The position numbers were made by a program, and so were the translations under genes. Below the pieces are notes generated by a model that was not told the DNA's origin, searched no databases, and was given only the letters and a program-made list of their open reading frames with translations. 64,000 nt of DNA from Fibrobacterota bacterium (lineage in GTDB: Bacteria > Fibrobacterota > Fibrobacteria > UBA11236 > JADFYW01), in assembly GCA_042567505.1 (NCBI GenBank), contig JBHPJW010000003.1, positions 7,071-71,070 of the forward strand, written 5' to 3'. Shown here in pieces: positions 53,892-63,425 of the stretch. Numbering within the stretch: the stretch's first letter is position 1; every line of letters starts with the position of its first letter.

Positions 53892-54933
53892 GAAACAGAT
53901 GCGCCGGGCTTTTGGGCGGGTTTTGAGAGCCGGCGCCCTTGCCTCTGTGTCGCTTCTGTCCCTTTGCTGCGTTTTCGCCTGTCTGTTCGGAACTTCCACC
54001 GAAACTGAGAATGCCGATTCCGGCACCTGCACGGAAACAGAAAACTGCATCCAGATAGTAAGGGTGGAGATCCGGCCGGGTCAGGACATGAAAACGCCTC
54101 TGGATCAGATTGCGGTGCTTGGAGAAGACAGCACATCGGTCAGTTTTGACACGAGTATTTCCGCCTTCATGGTGGCGGACATAGCCGGTTCTGATACCAC
54201 AAGCCAGTTGTACGCCATGGACTCGGAGGGATTGGTCTCATCTCCCACTTTTTCCGAACCTGAGGGCGCACCGCTCACCAATGTCAGAATATACATTGTG
54301 GATTTGATTGCCCTTATTGTCGATACCCAGAGGAGGCCGGTTTCCAATATGAAAGTGAGCGTGCGGAACGCGGAAGCCATGCCGGGCGTGTGGTCTGAAA
54401 ATGATATCGCTTTTGTGACTTCAAGCGACAGCAGCGGCTACATAACCATACAGGATCTGGCAGAAGGAGAATATGTGCTGGCCGGGCGTTCAAGCGGGGA
54501 CAATCAGCTGAGGTTTTTTGATAAGTTCAAATTTAAAGACTCTCTCAAGCAGTACCGGGAAATCGCCTTTCAGGAAACCAGGCGCTTCACAGGCGCTCTT
54601 TCCCGTCAATCCGGGCTGCCGGTTGATTCCACGCGCATTTTCTTAAAAGGGACCGACCTGGACGCCTATGCCGATGGGTCGGGCAGGTTTGATTTCGGCG
54701 AGATACCCGCCGAAGTTCCAGGGATTGGATTTGAGATAAACACTTTAAAAGTCGATGTGGACACCGGTTTGTCTCCAAACACCCTGGCGGATTCCGTAAA
54801 GGCCGGTATTTGTCAGTTGAAGGACTACAGTGATGAAGGGGCCATAGAGCTTGAGTACGCTGAGGGTTCTCCCTACCCTGGGGAGCAATCCTTTATTATC
54901 CTGGATGTGGATCTGAGCTCCTGCCGGGAGTAA
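53884..54933 (+). CDS. secreted or lipoprotein hypothetical with carboxypeptidase-regulatory-like beta-sandwich segments
   Basis: Signal or lipobox-like ALASVSLLSLCCVFAC. SGYITIQDLAEGEYVLAGRS and DGSGRFDFGEIPA resemble CarboxypepD_reg repeats. 8-nt overlap with the previous gene. Confidence 0.45.
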   Translation: MGEKQMRRAFGRVLRAGALASVSLLSLCCVFACLFGTSTETENADSGTCTETENCIQIVRVEIRPGQDMKTPLDQIAVLGEDSTSVSFDTSISAFMVADIAGSDTTSQLYAMDSEGLVSSPTFSEPEGAPLTNVRIYIVDLIALIVDTQRRPVSNMKVSVRNAEAMPGVWSENDIAFVTSSDSSGYITIQDLAEGEYVLAGRSSGDNQLRFFDKFKFKDSLKQYREIAFQETRRFTGALSRQSGLPVDSTRIFLKGTDLDAYADGSGRFDFGEIPAEVPGIGFEINTLKVDVDTGLSPNTLADSVKAGICQLKDYSDEGAIELEYAEGSPYPGEQSFIILDVDLSSCRE

Positions 54934-55031
54934 GCCGCTAATAATTCTGAATTGAAATCAGAAGTGTCCGGCTAAATTCCTCACAATTTGCGATAGGCCT
55001 ATGAAATACTGTGGGTTAGCGCATTTTTTTA

Positions 55032-55100
55032 ACAGGATGTACAGGATGGAATGGATTTAAGAAATCATGTATATCATCCATTTTATATCCTTTATATTGT
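55032..55100. repeat. nonamer stutter pair: ACAGGATGT ACAGGATGG AATGGATTT facing ATCCATTTT ATATCCTTT ATATTGTAT
   Basis: Read directly inside the 588-nt ORF-free spacer. Further stutters lie at 54943-54963, 55286-55306 and 55504-55524. Confidence 0.75.
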
Positions 55101-55521
55101 ATCTGCCAGGTTATATTATGATATATGTTTCGTAAAATATTCAAAATTAACTTTATGAATATCATCTAGTGTTACGTCCAGTTAATTCATGTTCTTCCTG
55201 ATTCCGGACAAGCCGGAATGACTTTTCCGGGGCATATAACATGAAAAAACTTATTGGATAGTTCACTAGTTAGGTGAGCATTGGCGGATTTTGGGTTTTT
55301 GATTTACTGGAGGTGAAACATATCATGTTTACTACTCCATCCAGTCTAAAAAACAAGATTTTACCCGGACACTACTGAATTGAAATAATGAATATTTTCT
55401 CGCCCTCCGAAGCTGGACCAGCCGCGGCGAAACGCAGTGGAGACGGGACAGTGAAGGAGAACGGCATTGGTGATATAAAGTAAGGGCTCGTAATTTAAAA
55501 TCCGGAAGTTGGAATTAAAAA

Positions 55522-56865
<1,344 letters not shown>

Positions 56866-56900
56866 GATATTGTTTATTCAGACCGCGGATGGCCGCGGTT

Positions 56901-57118
56901 ATGGTAATAACGAAATTTCACTAAATCTTTACCTGTTTATAAGGATAGCTCTTTTTTGATTTCTGAAAAAGGTTTGACTTGAAGGAAAAAAGCTCCTGGG
57001 AGATTTGGAGGGGAATTGTTCTCATAGATTGAACCTGAAAGACCGGATTGTGTACAGTATTGATGAGGAAAAAAAGATTATATACATCAAACGAGCGTAT
57101 ACGCATTACGGCAAGTAA
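56901..57118 (+). pseudogene. decayed YoeB/Txe (RelE-superfamily) toxin gene
   Basis: Hand translation of 56978-57118: LEGKKLLGDLEGNCSHRLNLKDRIVYSIDEEKKIIYIKRAYTHYGK*. Its C-terminal portion, from GDLEGNCSHRLN onward, follows the YoeB C-terminal pattern ...G.LSG.WSRRI...HRLVY.V.....I..I......HY. The frame is closed upstream by TGA (56975). N-terminal fragments (MVITKFH*, ..NFTKSLPVYKDSSFLISEKGLT*) lie in the two other frames. No antitoxin ORF is present. Confidence 0.5.
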
Positions 57119-57138
57119 AAAGAAACGGCAGGAAACCA

Positions 57139-58386
57139 TCAATCGGGACGATTTCCGGGCATGGTAACGGTAAAGCGCGCGCCTTGTGGTTTAACCTTCT
57201 CAGCCCGGATGGATCCTCCGTGCAGTTCCGCTATTTTTCTGCAAATGCTGAGTCCCAGCCCGGTGCCGGTTTTTGATGTAGTGGTAAACGGTTGAAAAAT
57301 AGTTTCCAACCGATTGTCCGGAATGCCTGGCCCTTCATCGCACACCTGCATGCAAACTTCATGTTCCCTGTTTACGGTGATCACCCGTATGTTTCCGCCC
57401 CCGTGTTTCCGGGCGTTTAACAGCAGGTTCCTCAGCAGCTGGGTAAACCGCAGGGGATCATAAGAAACATTACCTTTTCCCGAAGAGTTGAATTCCACTC
57501 CGGGAAAATCTTTCAGAATGTGTTTGATATGGGTTTCTAAATCGATACTCTCGGGATGTACGGTTATATCCTTTGAAAAGGTGAGGTAATCGTTTATAAT
57601 CAAATTCAGCTTGTCGATTTCCTCATAGATATATGAGAAAATCTCATCATTTTTTTTACCGTATTTTTTTTCAATCAACTGAGCGGAACTCTTGATGATG
57701 CCGAGGGGATTTTTGATTTCATGAGCCATGGTGGCGGACATCCTGCCCATGAGCGTGAATTTATCATTTTGCTCCTTTTCGGCCCGGGACCTGTCGAGTT
57801 TCTGGAGAATGGAAAAAGAAAACAAGAGAACCCCGAAAAACAACAGGGTAGAGATGATGACGCCGGACATATATCTTGTTTTCATTTTTTTCAAGCTATC
57901 GAGATAACTCAGGTTGATATCCATCATTACCGTTCCCCGTTCCAGTCCGCCGGTTACAGGCACCATGACCGTCTTGAATTGCGAACCCTCCAGGTTTACC
58001 AGGGGGCGGATGTAAACATCGCCTCCGCTAAGGGAGCTTTTTTCTTCTTCCGACAGTTCCGCATGAACCCTTTCGTCCAGATCCAGGAAAGGATTGGTGG
58101 TGCTGGTGATTTGGCTCAGCATGTCCAGGATGTGGATGTTCTCCAGCGCAAAAGCCTCTTCGATTTCAGATAGCGCGTCAGTGATGTCATCGTTCCCAAG
58201 ATCGAACAGTTGTCCGGCATGCGGGGACGATTCAAGTATGGTCTGAACCGCTCTGGCAGTGGTGGAAATGCGGGCCTGCAGCTCCCTGTCCACCGCTCTT
58301 GATGAATGCTGGTAATACTGGAACGCCAGGAACAGGGTCCCGGCATACAGCAGGAGTATGGGAATGGCTATGCGGGCGAATTTCAT
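57139..58386 (-). CDS. sensor histidine kinase (two TM, HisKA + HATPase_c)
   Basis: H-box MSATMAHEIKNPLGII, N-box LLLNARKHG, G1 DEGPGIP and G2 GTGLGLSICRKIAELHGG. Confidence 0.9.
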   Translation of the reverse strand: MKFARIAIPILLLYAGTLFLAFQYYQHSSRAVDRELQARISTTARAVQTILESSPHAGQLFDLGNDDITDALSEIEEAFALENIHILDMLSQITSTTNPFLDLDERVHAELSEEEKSSLSGGDVYIRPLVNLEGSQFKTVMVPVTGGLERGTVMMDINLSYLDSLKKMKTRYMSGVIISTLLFFGVLLFSFSILQKLDRSRAEKEQNDKFTLMGRMSATMAHEIKNPLGIIKSSAQLIEKKYGKKNDEIFSYIYEEIDKLNLIINDYLTFSKDITVHPESIDLETHIKHILKDFPGVEFNSSGKGNVSYDPLRFTQLLRNLLLNARKHGGGNIRVITVNREHEVCMQVCDEGPGIPDNRLETIFQPFTTTSKTGTGLGLSICRKIAELHGGSIRAEKVKPQGARFTVTMPGNRPD

Positions 58387-58406
58387 GGCTTTGGATTAAT
58401 ATAGCT

Positions 58407-58480
58407 ATTGAGGATTGAGTATGTGCTCGGGTAGATGCCTTCCCCCTACTGACTCAATCATGCCAATCCCAAACCCTAAA
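58407..58480. repeat. ATTGAGG ATTGAGT stutter facing CTCAATC ATGCCAA TCCCAAA CCCTAAA
   Basis: An 8-bp inverted repeat pairs GATTGAGT (58413-20) with ACTCAATC (58452-59), in the spacer between the beta-barrel gene and the kinase gene. Confidence 0.8.
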
Positions 58481-60107
58481 ACCTGTATGCCAGCTCCGCA
58501 AACAGGGATCTGTCCTCAATGCTGTTCTGCTCCTGGAATCCCGGGAAGGGAATCTCTATATCCAGGGAAAGATTGAGTTTGCCGGTGAATGGATAAAAGA
58601 GGTACGCGTGCATCATCAAAGACTTGATGTCGGTGTTGGCGGCCTCGGCGCCGCTGGTATAATCGATAAAATCATATTCCAGGCCCAGGGAGCCGTCCAG
58701 GGACTTTTTTTCATACCGCAGAAAAAAAGACCATCCCATGTTGAGATAGGAATCTTCCTTGGGTACGAAGTAAGTGGACAGCAGCATGTTCAGTCTTTGC
58801 CTGAGCTTGAGGTTTAAAAGCTCCCCTTTCAATCCCGCTTCCATGCTGAAATACTTGGTGAACGAGAATGCCAGGCCCGGCTCAAGTCCGGTACGGATGG
58901 TGGCGTACAGGGTTTTGGCAGTGTCATTGAGGGTGGGGATGCTGTCGAACTGGGTGTAATCAATGGTCTCAGACCGAAACAGAAGATTAATGGAGCCGGC
59001 CGCCGGCAGAAGGCTTAACAGCACTTCGATGGTCCGGCTGTTTTCTTTGTCAGGCCCCAGGGGATAGTTGATATAGGTCAGGTATTCCCGGCTGTAAAAC
59101 AACTCTAGGCTGGCATTGTCATTGAGAAAATACCGCCAGTCAAGGGTGAGGCCTCTCAGTGTATAATTATTTTCCGTGGAATCCGGGAAGCGTTTTCTGG
59201 AGCCGGCAAGGTCAACGTCCAGATCGGTCCGTTCTCCCATGTAGGCATAGGTTGCCTGGACGAGGGCCTTGGTAAAATCCTCGTAACCGGATTTCTGATG
59301 GTTATGACGCTTTATTTCGCCAGTGTAATTAAGCCCTATCCGATAGGACGCCCTGGATTGAAAGAAAGCGCCCGGTTTGAAAATGATGTTCCGGAAACTG
59401 GTGGCATTATCGGTGTGGTTCTGTTTTACTCCCACAATACTGTTGAGATTAAGATTCATATTGCCGTTGAAGAGTTCTCCTCCAAAGTCATTCTCCAGCC
59501 GTTCATACAGGTATTCGTTTAAAACTGTCAGCTTGTTATAGGTGTACCGGAAAAAGGAGTTCGCGTTCCTGGTTTTAAACACATATTCAGACCCATAGGT
59601 CAGGTCCCTGGTTCCTGGAATAACGTTTGACGAATCGGGGTCCGATGGATCGTACTCCAGTTCCAGGTCCTCTTCATCGCTGCCATAATAGTCGGCCTGC
59701 ATGGCGATGATGTTGTCAAAAGTACGCTGTGGTTTTTCCGGCAGGCTGTCTTTTTTCAGGGCTTCAGCGTCACGGATGGTTTTTTCCAGCAGGGATTCCA
59801 GTTCCTTTAAATCTTCTTGTGATTCCAAGGCGGTTCGTTCCTTCTCAGGCTCCCCTTCCACTTCCCAGGAGGAAAGCAGATCCAGGGCCTGTTCGCAATC
59901 GCCGCTTTCGGCAAGCATACGGGTTTTTTCAAGCAATCCGGGGATTTGGGCGGAATCGTGTTTGATTTGAAGTGAATCCCTCAATTCCAGGTAGGTTTCG
60001 CAGTAGAAGTCCCCGGCATCAGGGATCTGCGTCAGGCCAGGCACCATAGCAGAAAGGGTGATGAGAACAAGAGGGAAACCGCGGTATTTAGATAAAAGAC
60101 AATTCAA
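58476..60107 (-). CDS. hypothetical outer-membrane beta-barrel protein with helical N-terminal region
   Basis: Signal-like N-terminus and acidic helical first ~130 aa, then strand-rich sequence ending ...SLFAELAYRF (OMP-type C-terminal Phe). No family recognised. Confidence 0.45.
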   Translation of the reverse strand: MNCLLSKYRGFPLVLITLSAMVPGLTQIPDAGDFYCETYLELRDSLQIKHDSAQIPGLLEKTRMLAESGDCEQALDLLSSWEVEGEPEKERTALESQEDLKELESLLEKTIRDAEALKKDSLPEKPQRTFDNIIAMQADYYGSDEEDLELEYDPSDPDSSNVIPGTRDLTYGSEYVFKTRNANSFFRYTYNKLTVLNEYLYERLENDFGGELFNGNMNLNLNSIVGVKQNHTDNATSFRNIIFKPGAFFQSRASYRIGLNYTGEIKRHNHQKSGYEDFTKALVQATYAYMGERTDLDVDLAGSRKRFPDSTENNYTLRGLTLDWRYFLNDNASLELFYSREYLTYINYPLGPDKENSRTIEVLLSLLPAAGSINLLFRSETIDYTQFDSIPTLNDTAKTLYATIRTGLEPGLAFSFTKYFSMEAGLKGELLNLKLRQRLNMLLSTYFVPKEDSYLNMGWSFFLRYEKKSLDGSLGLEYDFIDYTSGAEAANTDIKSLMMHAYLFYPFTGKLNLSLDIEIPFPGFQEQNSIEDRSLFAELAYRF

Positions 60108-60789
60108 TGAGCATGTGCCGGGAAAGTTCTCTGGTAAATATTCCTTTTTTCAAGGCCAGTTTAAAATACTTTCTGGCTATTTCTCCGTCTTTAGAAGACT
60201 GGGGTACAAACCAGAGGCTTCCTCCTAATTCGTATTTCATTTTATGGTACAGGCCCAGTCCGAAGTAAGCGTCATACTGGCCGGGGGAATACATGAGGCA
60301 TTCCCTGAGCAGTTCAAATCCCCTGCGACCGAATTTATAAGCAGACAACATTTTATGTTCCTCCACCAGGAAGAGAGCCATCAGACCGTTCCACAAGCCG
60401 CACAGAAACCGGGCATCGGGAGGTCCACCTTCTTTTCTCTGTTTGAATTTTAAAATCTGTTTTTTAACATTTTCCCCAAAAGCTTTCATTTTCAGGGAAT
60501 CATTTTCCTTTAACTGTATCCAGCTCAAAAGGAAATCAGACAGGTCTTTCCGGTTTTTACTGCCCGCGAGGATGTATTGCCGGGCTTCCTCAAAATTATT
60601 ATCAAACACTTCTTCTATGCCCCTGTTGATAAGGGAGGTATCTATTTGTTGGGGAAAGGAAATACTGAACCAGAACAGGATAAGCAGCCAGATGCGATGG
60701 GGGAAAAAAATCAAGTGAGAAGGAGGAAGTTTGTCACGCCGGGCGGAGCTTGCCCCGGGCCTCGATCCTGGGCCCCGGCGTCTTTCCAT
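60088..60789 (-). CDS. hypothetical exported helical protein
   Basis: Hydrophobic segment IWLLILFWFSISF, then helical TPR-like text. The tracked GTG start at 60888 lies in a CTCACTT stutter, so I use the ATG at 60789, but the start is uncertain. 20-nt overlap with the next gene. Confidence 0.4.
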   Translation of the reverse strand: MERRRGPGSRPGASSARRDKLPPSHLIFFPHRIWLLILFWFSISFPQQIDTSLINRGIEEVFDNNFEEARQYILAGSKNRKDLSDFLLSWIQLKENDSLKMKAFGENVKKQILKFKQRKEGGPPDARFLCGLWNGLMALFLVEEHKMLSAYKFGRRGFELLRECLMYSPGQYDAYFGLGLYHKMKYELGGSLWFVPQSSKDGEIARKYFKLALKKGIFTRELSRHMLIELSFI

Positions 60790-60883
60790 AGCAAATCTTG
60801 GTTCGAGTGTTCTTTGGAACGATTCAGGGTCCCGGCTGTCGCCGTGGCAGGCAAACCCGGAATGACAGAATTGTCCCATACTT

Positions 60884-60968
60884 CTCACTTCTCACTTTAA
60901 TTCTACCCTCTGAATTCCAAAGGTCTTTCACTTAATTCAGAATCCATAATTCAGAATTCATAATTATA
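60884..60968. repeat. CTCACTT CTCACTT ... AATTCAG AATCCAT AATTCAG AATTCAT AATTATA stutter block
   Basis: Read directly. An exact tandem heptamer lies at 60884-60897 and a five-unit AATNNNN array at 60934-60968. Confidence 0.85.
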
Positions 60969-60988
60969 TTGATTCCCGACTCCTGTCC

Positions 60989-62359
60989 TTACTGTTCCTC
61001 TGACATTCCTTCGATATCCGTGTCCTCTTCCAGTTCCGGGTTTGAGCGGTTGTTCATCACATGCACAGCTTTTTCGCTGAGCGCGGACGCTTTGAACAGG
61101 TGCTGCAGGGCGCGCTTGTATTGCTTTTTGGCAACCAGGGCCTTGGCCCGGGAGAGGTGCTTGAGCGCCTGCTTTCCCAGGGCCTGAGCCCTTTTATTAT
61201 CAGACGCTTTAATCCGCTCAAGATTGGATTTCACTTTTTCCTTGATCCTGGCCAGTTCCTCCTTCACCTCTTCGGCCACCCCGGGATCATTTTTTACTCC
61301 CACATGAACGGCCTTGCCCAGCAGCCGCACCGCCAGTTTGGCTTCCTTGGCTGCCTCGGTATTTTTTCCCTCTGCGGCCAGTGCTTTGGCCGTCTCAAAA
61401 TGCCTGCCGGCGTTTTGGTAGGCCTTGTTAGCTTTTGCGTCCTGGCTGCCTTTTATCATGTCGCCGACCCGCGCGTATCTTTTTTCCAATCTTTCCAGGA
61501 CCCGGGATACGTTCTTTACCGCGGACGCTGTCTTCACGATTTTTCCCGCTATTCGCTGGGCCTTTTTCAAGTGGACCAGGGCCTTTGCGTCCTGTCCCTT
61601 CTGGTGCAGGGCTTCAGCGCGTTTCAATTCGACTTTGGCGGTTTCCACAAACCCGGTGATATCGGGATTTCCTGATTTTTCCGCCAGGGCCGCCGCTTTA
61701 TTAATGGCTTTTTGGGTTCTTTTATAAAGGGAGGTTACGCGTTTTTTCACAGCTTCCTTTTCATCGGGATTCAAGACGTCTTTCCCCAGGCCGATAAGGT
61801 GCTCCCTGCAGGCAATCGCGTTCCGCCAGGATTTCCGGTATTCCTTTTCCGCCAGGGCGTTTTTGGATTTTTCATGCAGGTTCAAAGCGATTTCATATAC
61901 TTTCTTCATACTCTCATCATCCAGTCGTCCCTGGACTTTTTCCAGGACGGTGTTATTTCTCCGCAGGTATTTCTGGAGCCGCTTTCCATCGGAAAACCTT
62001 CTTCTGATTTCTTTCCTGGTTTTCTTGCCTATGGCTTCTATTTTGGCAACGATTCTGATTGCCTCTTCATACTCTCCGGCCTCATTTTTCTCTTTAGCCC
62101 GTTGCAGAAGCCCGGTGACCCTGTCGAGAATAGCTTCCATTTTCTGCAGCTGTTCGCCTTCAAGATCCTGGATGAGTGAGCTGACCTGATCGACTCTTTT
62201 TTCAATCCTGTCCAGGCGGGAGGCTATTCTCAGCCTGGCATTATCACCCAGTTCGGCTCTGATGGCTTCTATTGACCAACAGTTCAGGCCCAGTGAAAAA
62301 ATGAACAAAATGGTTAATATTTTTCTTGTCATGGGATTCCTCCTGATAATGCTCTTCAT
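60989..62359 (-). CDS. secreted all-helical repeat protein
   Basis: Signal peptide (MTRKILTILFIFSLGLNCWS). Five copies of a ~33-aa motif, e.g. LLQRAKEKNEAGEYEEAIRIVAKIEAIGKK, LKRAEALHQKGQDAKALVHLKKAQRIAGKIVK and LSRAKALVAKKQYKRALQHLFKASALSEKAVH. Confidence 0.5.
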   Translation of the reverse strand: MKSIIRRNPMTRKILTILFIFSLGLNCWSIEAIRAELGDNARLRIASRLDRIEKRVDQVSSLIQDLEGEQLQKMEAILDRVTGLLQRAKEKNEAGEYEEAIRIVAKIEAIGKKTRKEIRRRFSDGKRLQKYLRRNNTVLEKVQGRLDDESMKKVYEIALNLHEKSKNALAEKEYRKSWRNAIACREHLIGLGKDVLNPDEKEAVKKRVTSLYKRTQKAINKAAALAEKSGNPDITGFVETAKVELKRAEALHQKGQDAKALVHLKKAQRIAGKIVKTASAVKNVSRVLERLEKRYARVGDMIKGSQDAKANKAYQNAGRHFETAKALAAEGKNTEAAKEAKLAVRLLGKAVHVGVKNDPGVAEEVKEELARIKEKVKSNLERIKASDNKRAQALGKQALKHLSRAKALVAKKQYKRALQHLFKASALSEKAVHVMNNRSNPELEEDTDIEGMSEEQ

Positions 62360-62452
62360 ATAATAAATGCAATAACCATACCAGTCGATTTGACTGATAA
62401 AATCCCTGATATATCATAATTTCCATGCACACTTACCACTTAAAAAGTTCTC

Positions 62453-62482
62453 GTGTACCATTTAGTACACTCTGCCTGTACC
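62453..62482. promoter_or_regulatory. GTAC-box array A (GTAC at 62455, 62465, 62478), upstream of the gene starting at 62359
   Basis: gtGTACcatttaGTACactctgcctGTACc. The first two boxes form the hairpin GTGTAC-cattta-GTACAC. Confidence 0.5.
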
Positions 62483-62552
62483 AGGAGGTTCAAAGCACCC
62501 ATTACCACGGAAACTAAGGGGGCACATGATGGCTGATGACACTTCACGCCTA

Positions 62553-62586
62553 ATAAAAAACAGGGCCCTGAAAGAGCCCTGTTTTA
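62553..62586. terminator. bidirectional Rho-independent terminator (serves the minus-strand gene ending at 62610)
   Basis: AAAAAACAGGGC-cctgaaaga-GCCCTGTTTT. The minus strand reads hairpin then TTTTTTATT. Confidence 0.75.
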
Positions 62587-62609
62587 GCGTTCCGAAGATT
62601 AATGGATAA

Positions 62610-63173
62610 TCAGTTTTTTCGCTTTCTTTGATTGTGCTTTTTCCGGTATATGTTCTTGCCGGCTTTATTCCGCTTTTTTTGGATTTTCCCTCGTTCTTTT
62701 TTGGTTACCTTGCCGTCTTTCCTGGCTTCCCTTTTTGCCTTTCTTATTTCTTTCTGTTCTCTTGACAATTGTCTGGCCTCTCCGCGGGTCAGCTCACCGG
62801 ATTTCACTCCCTGGACGATGCGTTTTTTCTGTTTCCTGCTGCGTTTCCGTTCCGGATTCTTTCCCCGTTCCTGGTTATCGTGCTTTTCCTTGAATATATG
62901 CGTACTGGCCTTGTCCTGCTTTCTTTCGAGGATGACCTTTTCCTTTCTGGACAGCTCTCCGTCTTCTTCAAATTTTTCTTCAAGTTTGTCGATTTTTTTC
63001 TGTTCACGAACGAGCTTCCTGGTTTCATTTCCGGTAAGTTCGCCGTGTTTTACACCGTCTTTGATTCGAGCTTCCTGTCTGTCCTGCCGTTCGTCCACCC
63101 GGTCTTCTGAATAGGCGGTCATGCTGGCGAGGCCGGCGATGAGTGATGCAAATATCAGTCTTTTCAGGTTCAT
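62610..63173 (-). CDS. secreted highly charged protein made of two ~75-aa tandem units
   Basis: Signal peptide MNLKRLIFASLIAGLASMTAYS. Unit 1 is ...RIKDGVKHGELTGNETRKLVREQKKIDKLEE...DGELSRKEK...KASTHIFKEKHDN. Unit 2 is ...RIVQGVKSGELTRGEARQLSREQKEIRKAKR...DGKVTKKER...KAGKNIYRKKHNQ. Confidence 0.6.
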   Translation of the reverse strand: MNLKRLIFASLIAGLASMTAYSEDRVDERQDRQEARIKDGVKHGELTGNETRKLVREQKKIDKLEEKFEEDGELSRKEKVILERKQDKASTHIFKEKHDNQERGKNPERKRSRKQKKRIVQGVKSGELTRGEARQLSREQKEIRKAKREARKDGKVTKKERGKIQKKRNKAGKNIYRKKHNQRKRKN

Positions 63174-63312
63174 GTTCTGCTCCTTTTTTTAATTGTGATT
63201 TGGTTATACTCAATGAAACGGGATTGTGCAAGAGTTATGCCAAATGGAAATGGGGCGGAGAAACCGGATTTTCACCATAATACCATCTTTTCCGCTTTAT
63301 TGAAAAAGCACT

Positions 63313-63354
63313 CTGTACCGGTTAGTACCCCTCTCTGTACCCCGGGGTACAGAG
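63313..63354. promoter_or_regulatory. GTAC-box array B (GTAC at 63315, 63325, 63337, 63347) including a perfect 22-bp palindrome
   Basis: ctGTACcggttaGTACccctctctGTACcccgggGTACagag. The palindrome CTCTGTACCCC|GGGGTACAGAG spans 63333-63354. It lies in the divergent spacer between the genes starting at 63173 (-) and 63426 (+). Confidence 0.6.
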
Positions 63355-63425
63355 AAGCGTGTTCAGAGCTAACCAGCGAAAACAGTGGAAAAAGGCAAAA
63401 AAAAATTCCATAATATAAGTGTCAT

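Noticed and set aside
56921-57142. 73-aa minus-strand ORF in the HK-RR spacer
   Set aside because: It is the antisense shadow of the YoeB-like relic. Its translation has no motif, while the plus strand gives a recognisable toxin C-terminus.
58450-58465. Sigma-54-like promoter on the minus strand upstream of the kinase gene (TGGCAT-gattg-AGTCA), and a second look-alike at 62518-62535 (GGGGGCAC-atgat-GGCTG)
   Set aside because: The first lacks the invariant GC of the -12 element (it has TC). The second has imperfect spacing and no downstream plus-strand gene. Neither is convincing without a PWM scan or transcription start site data.
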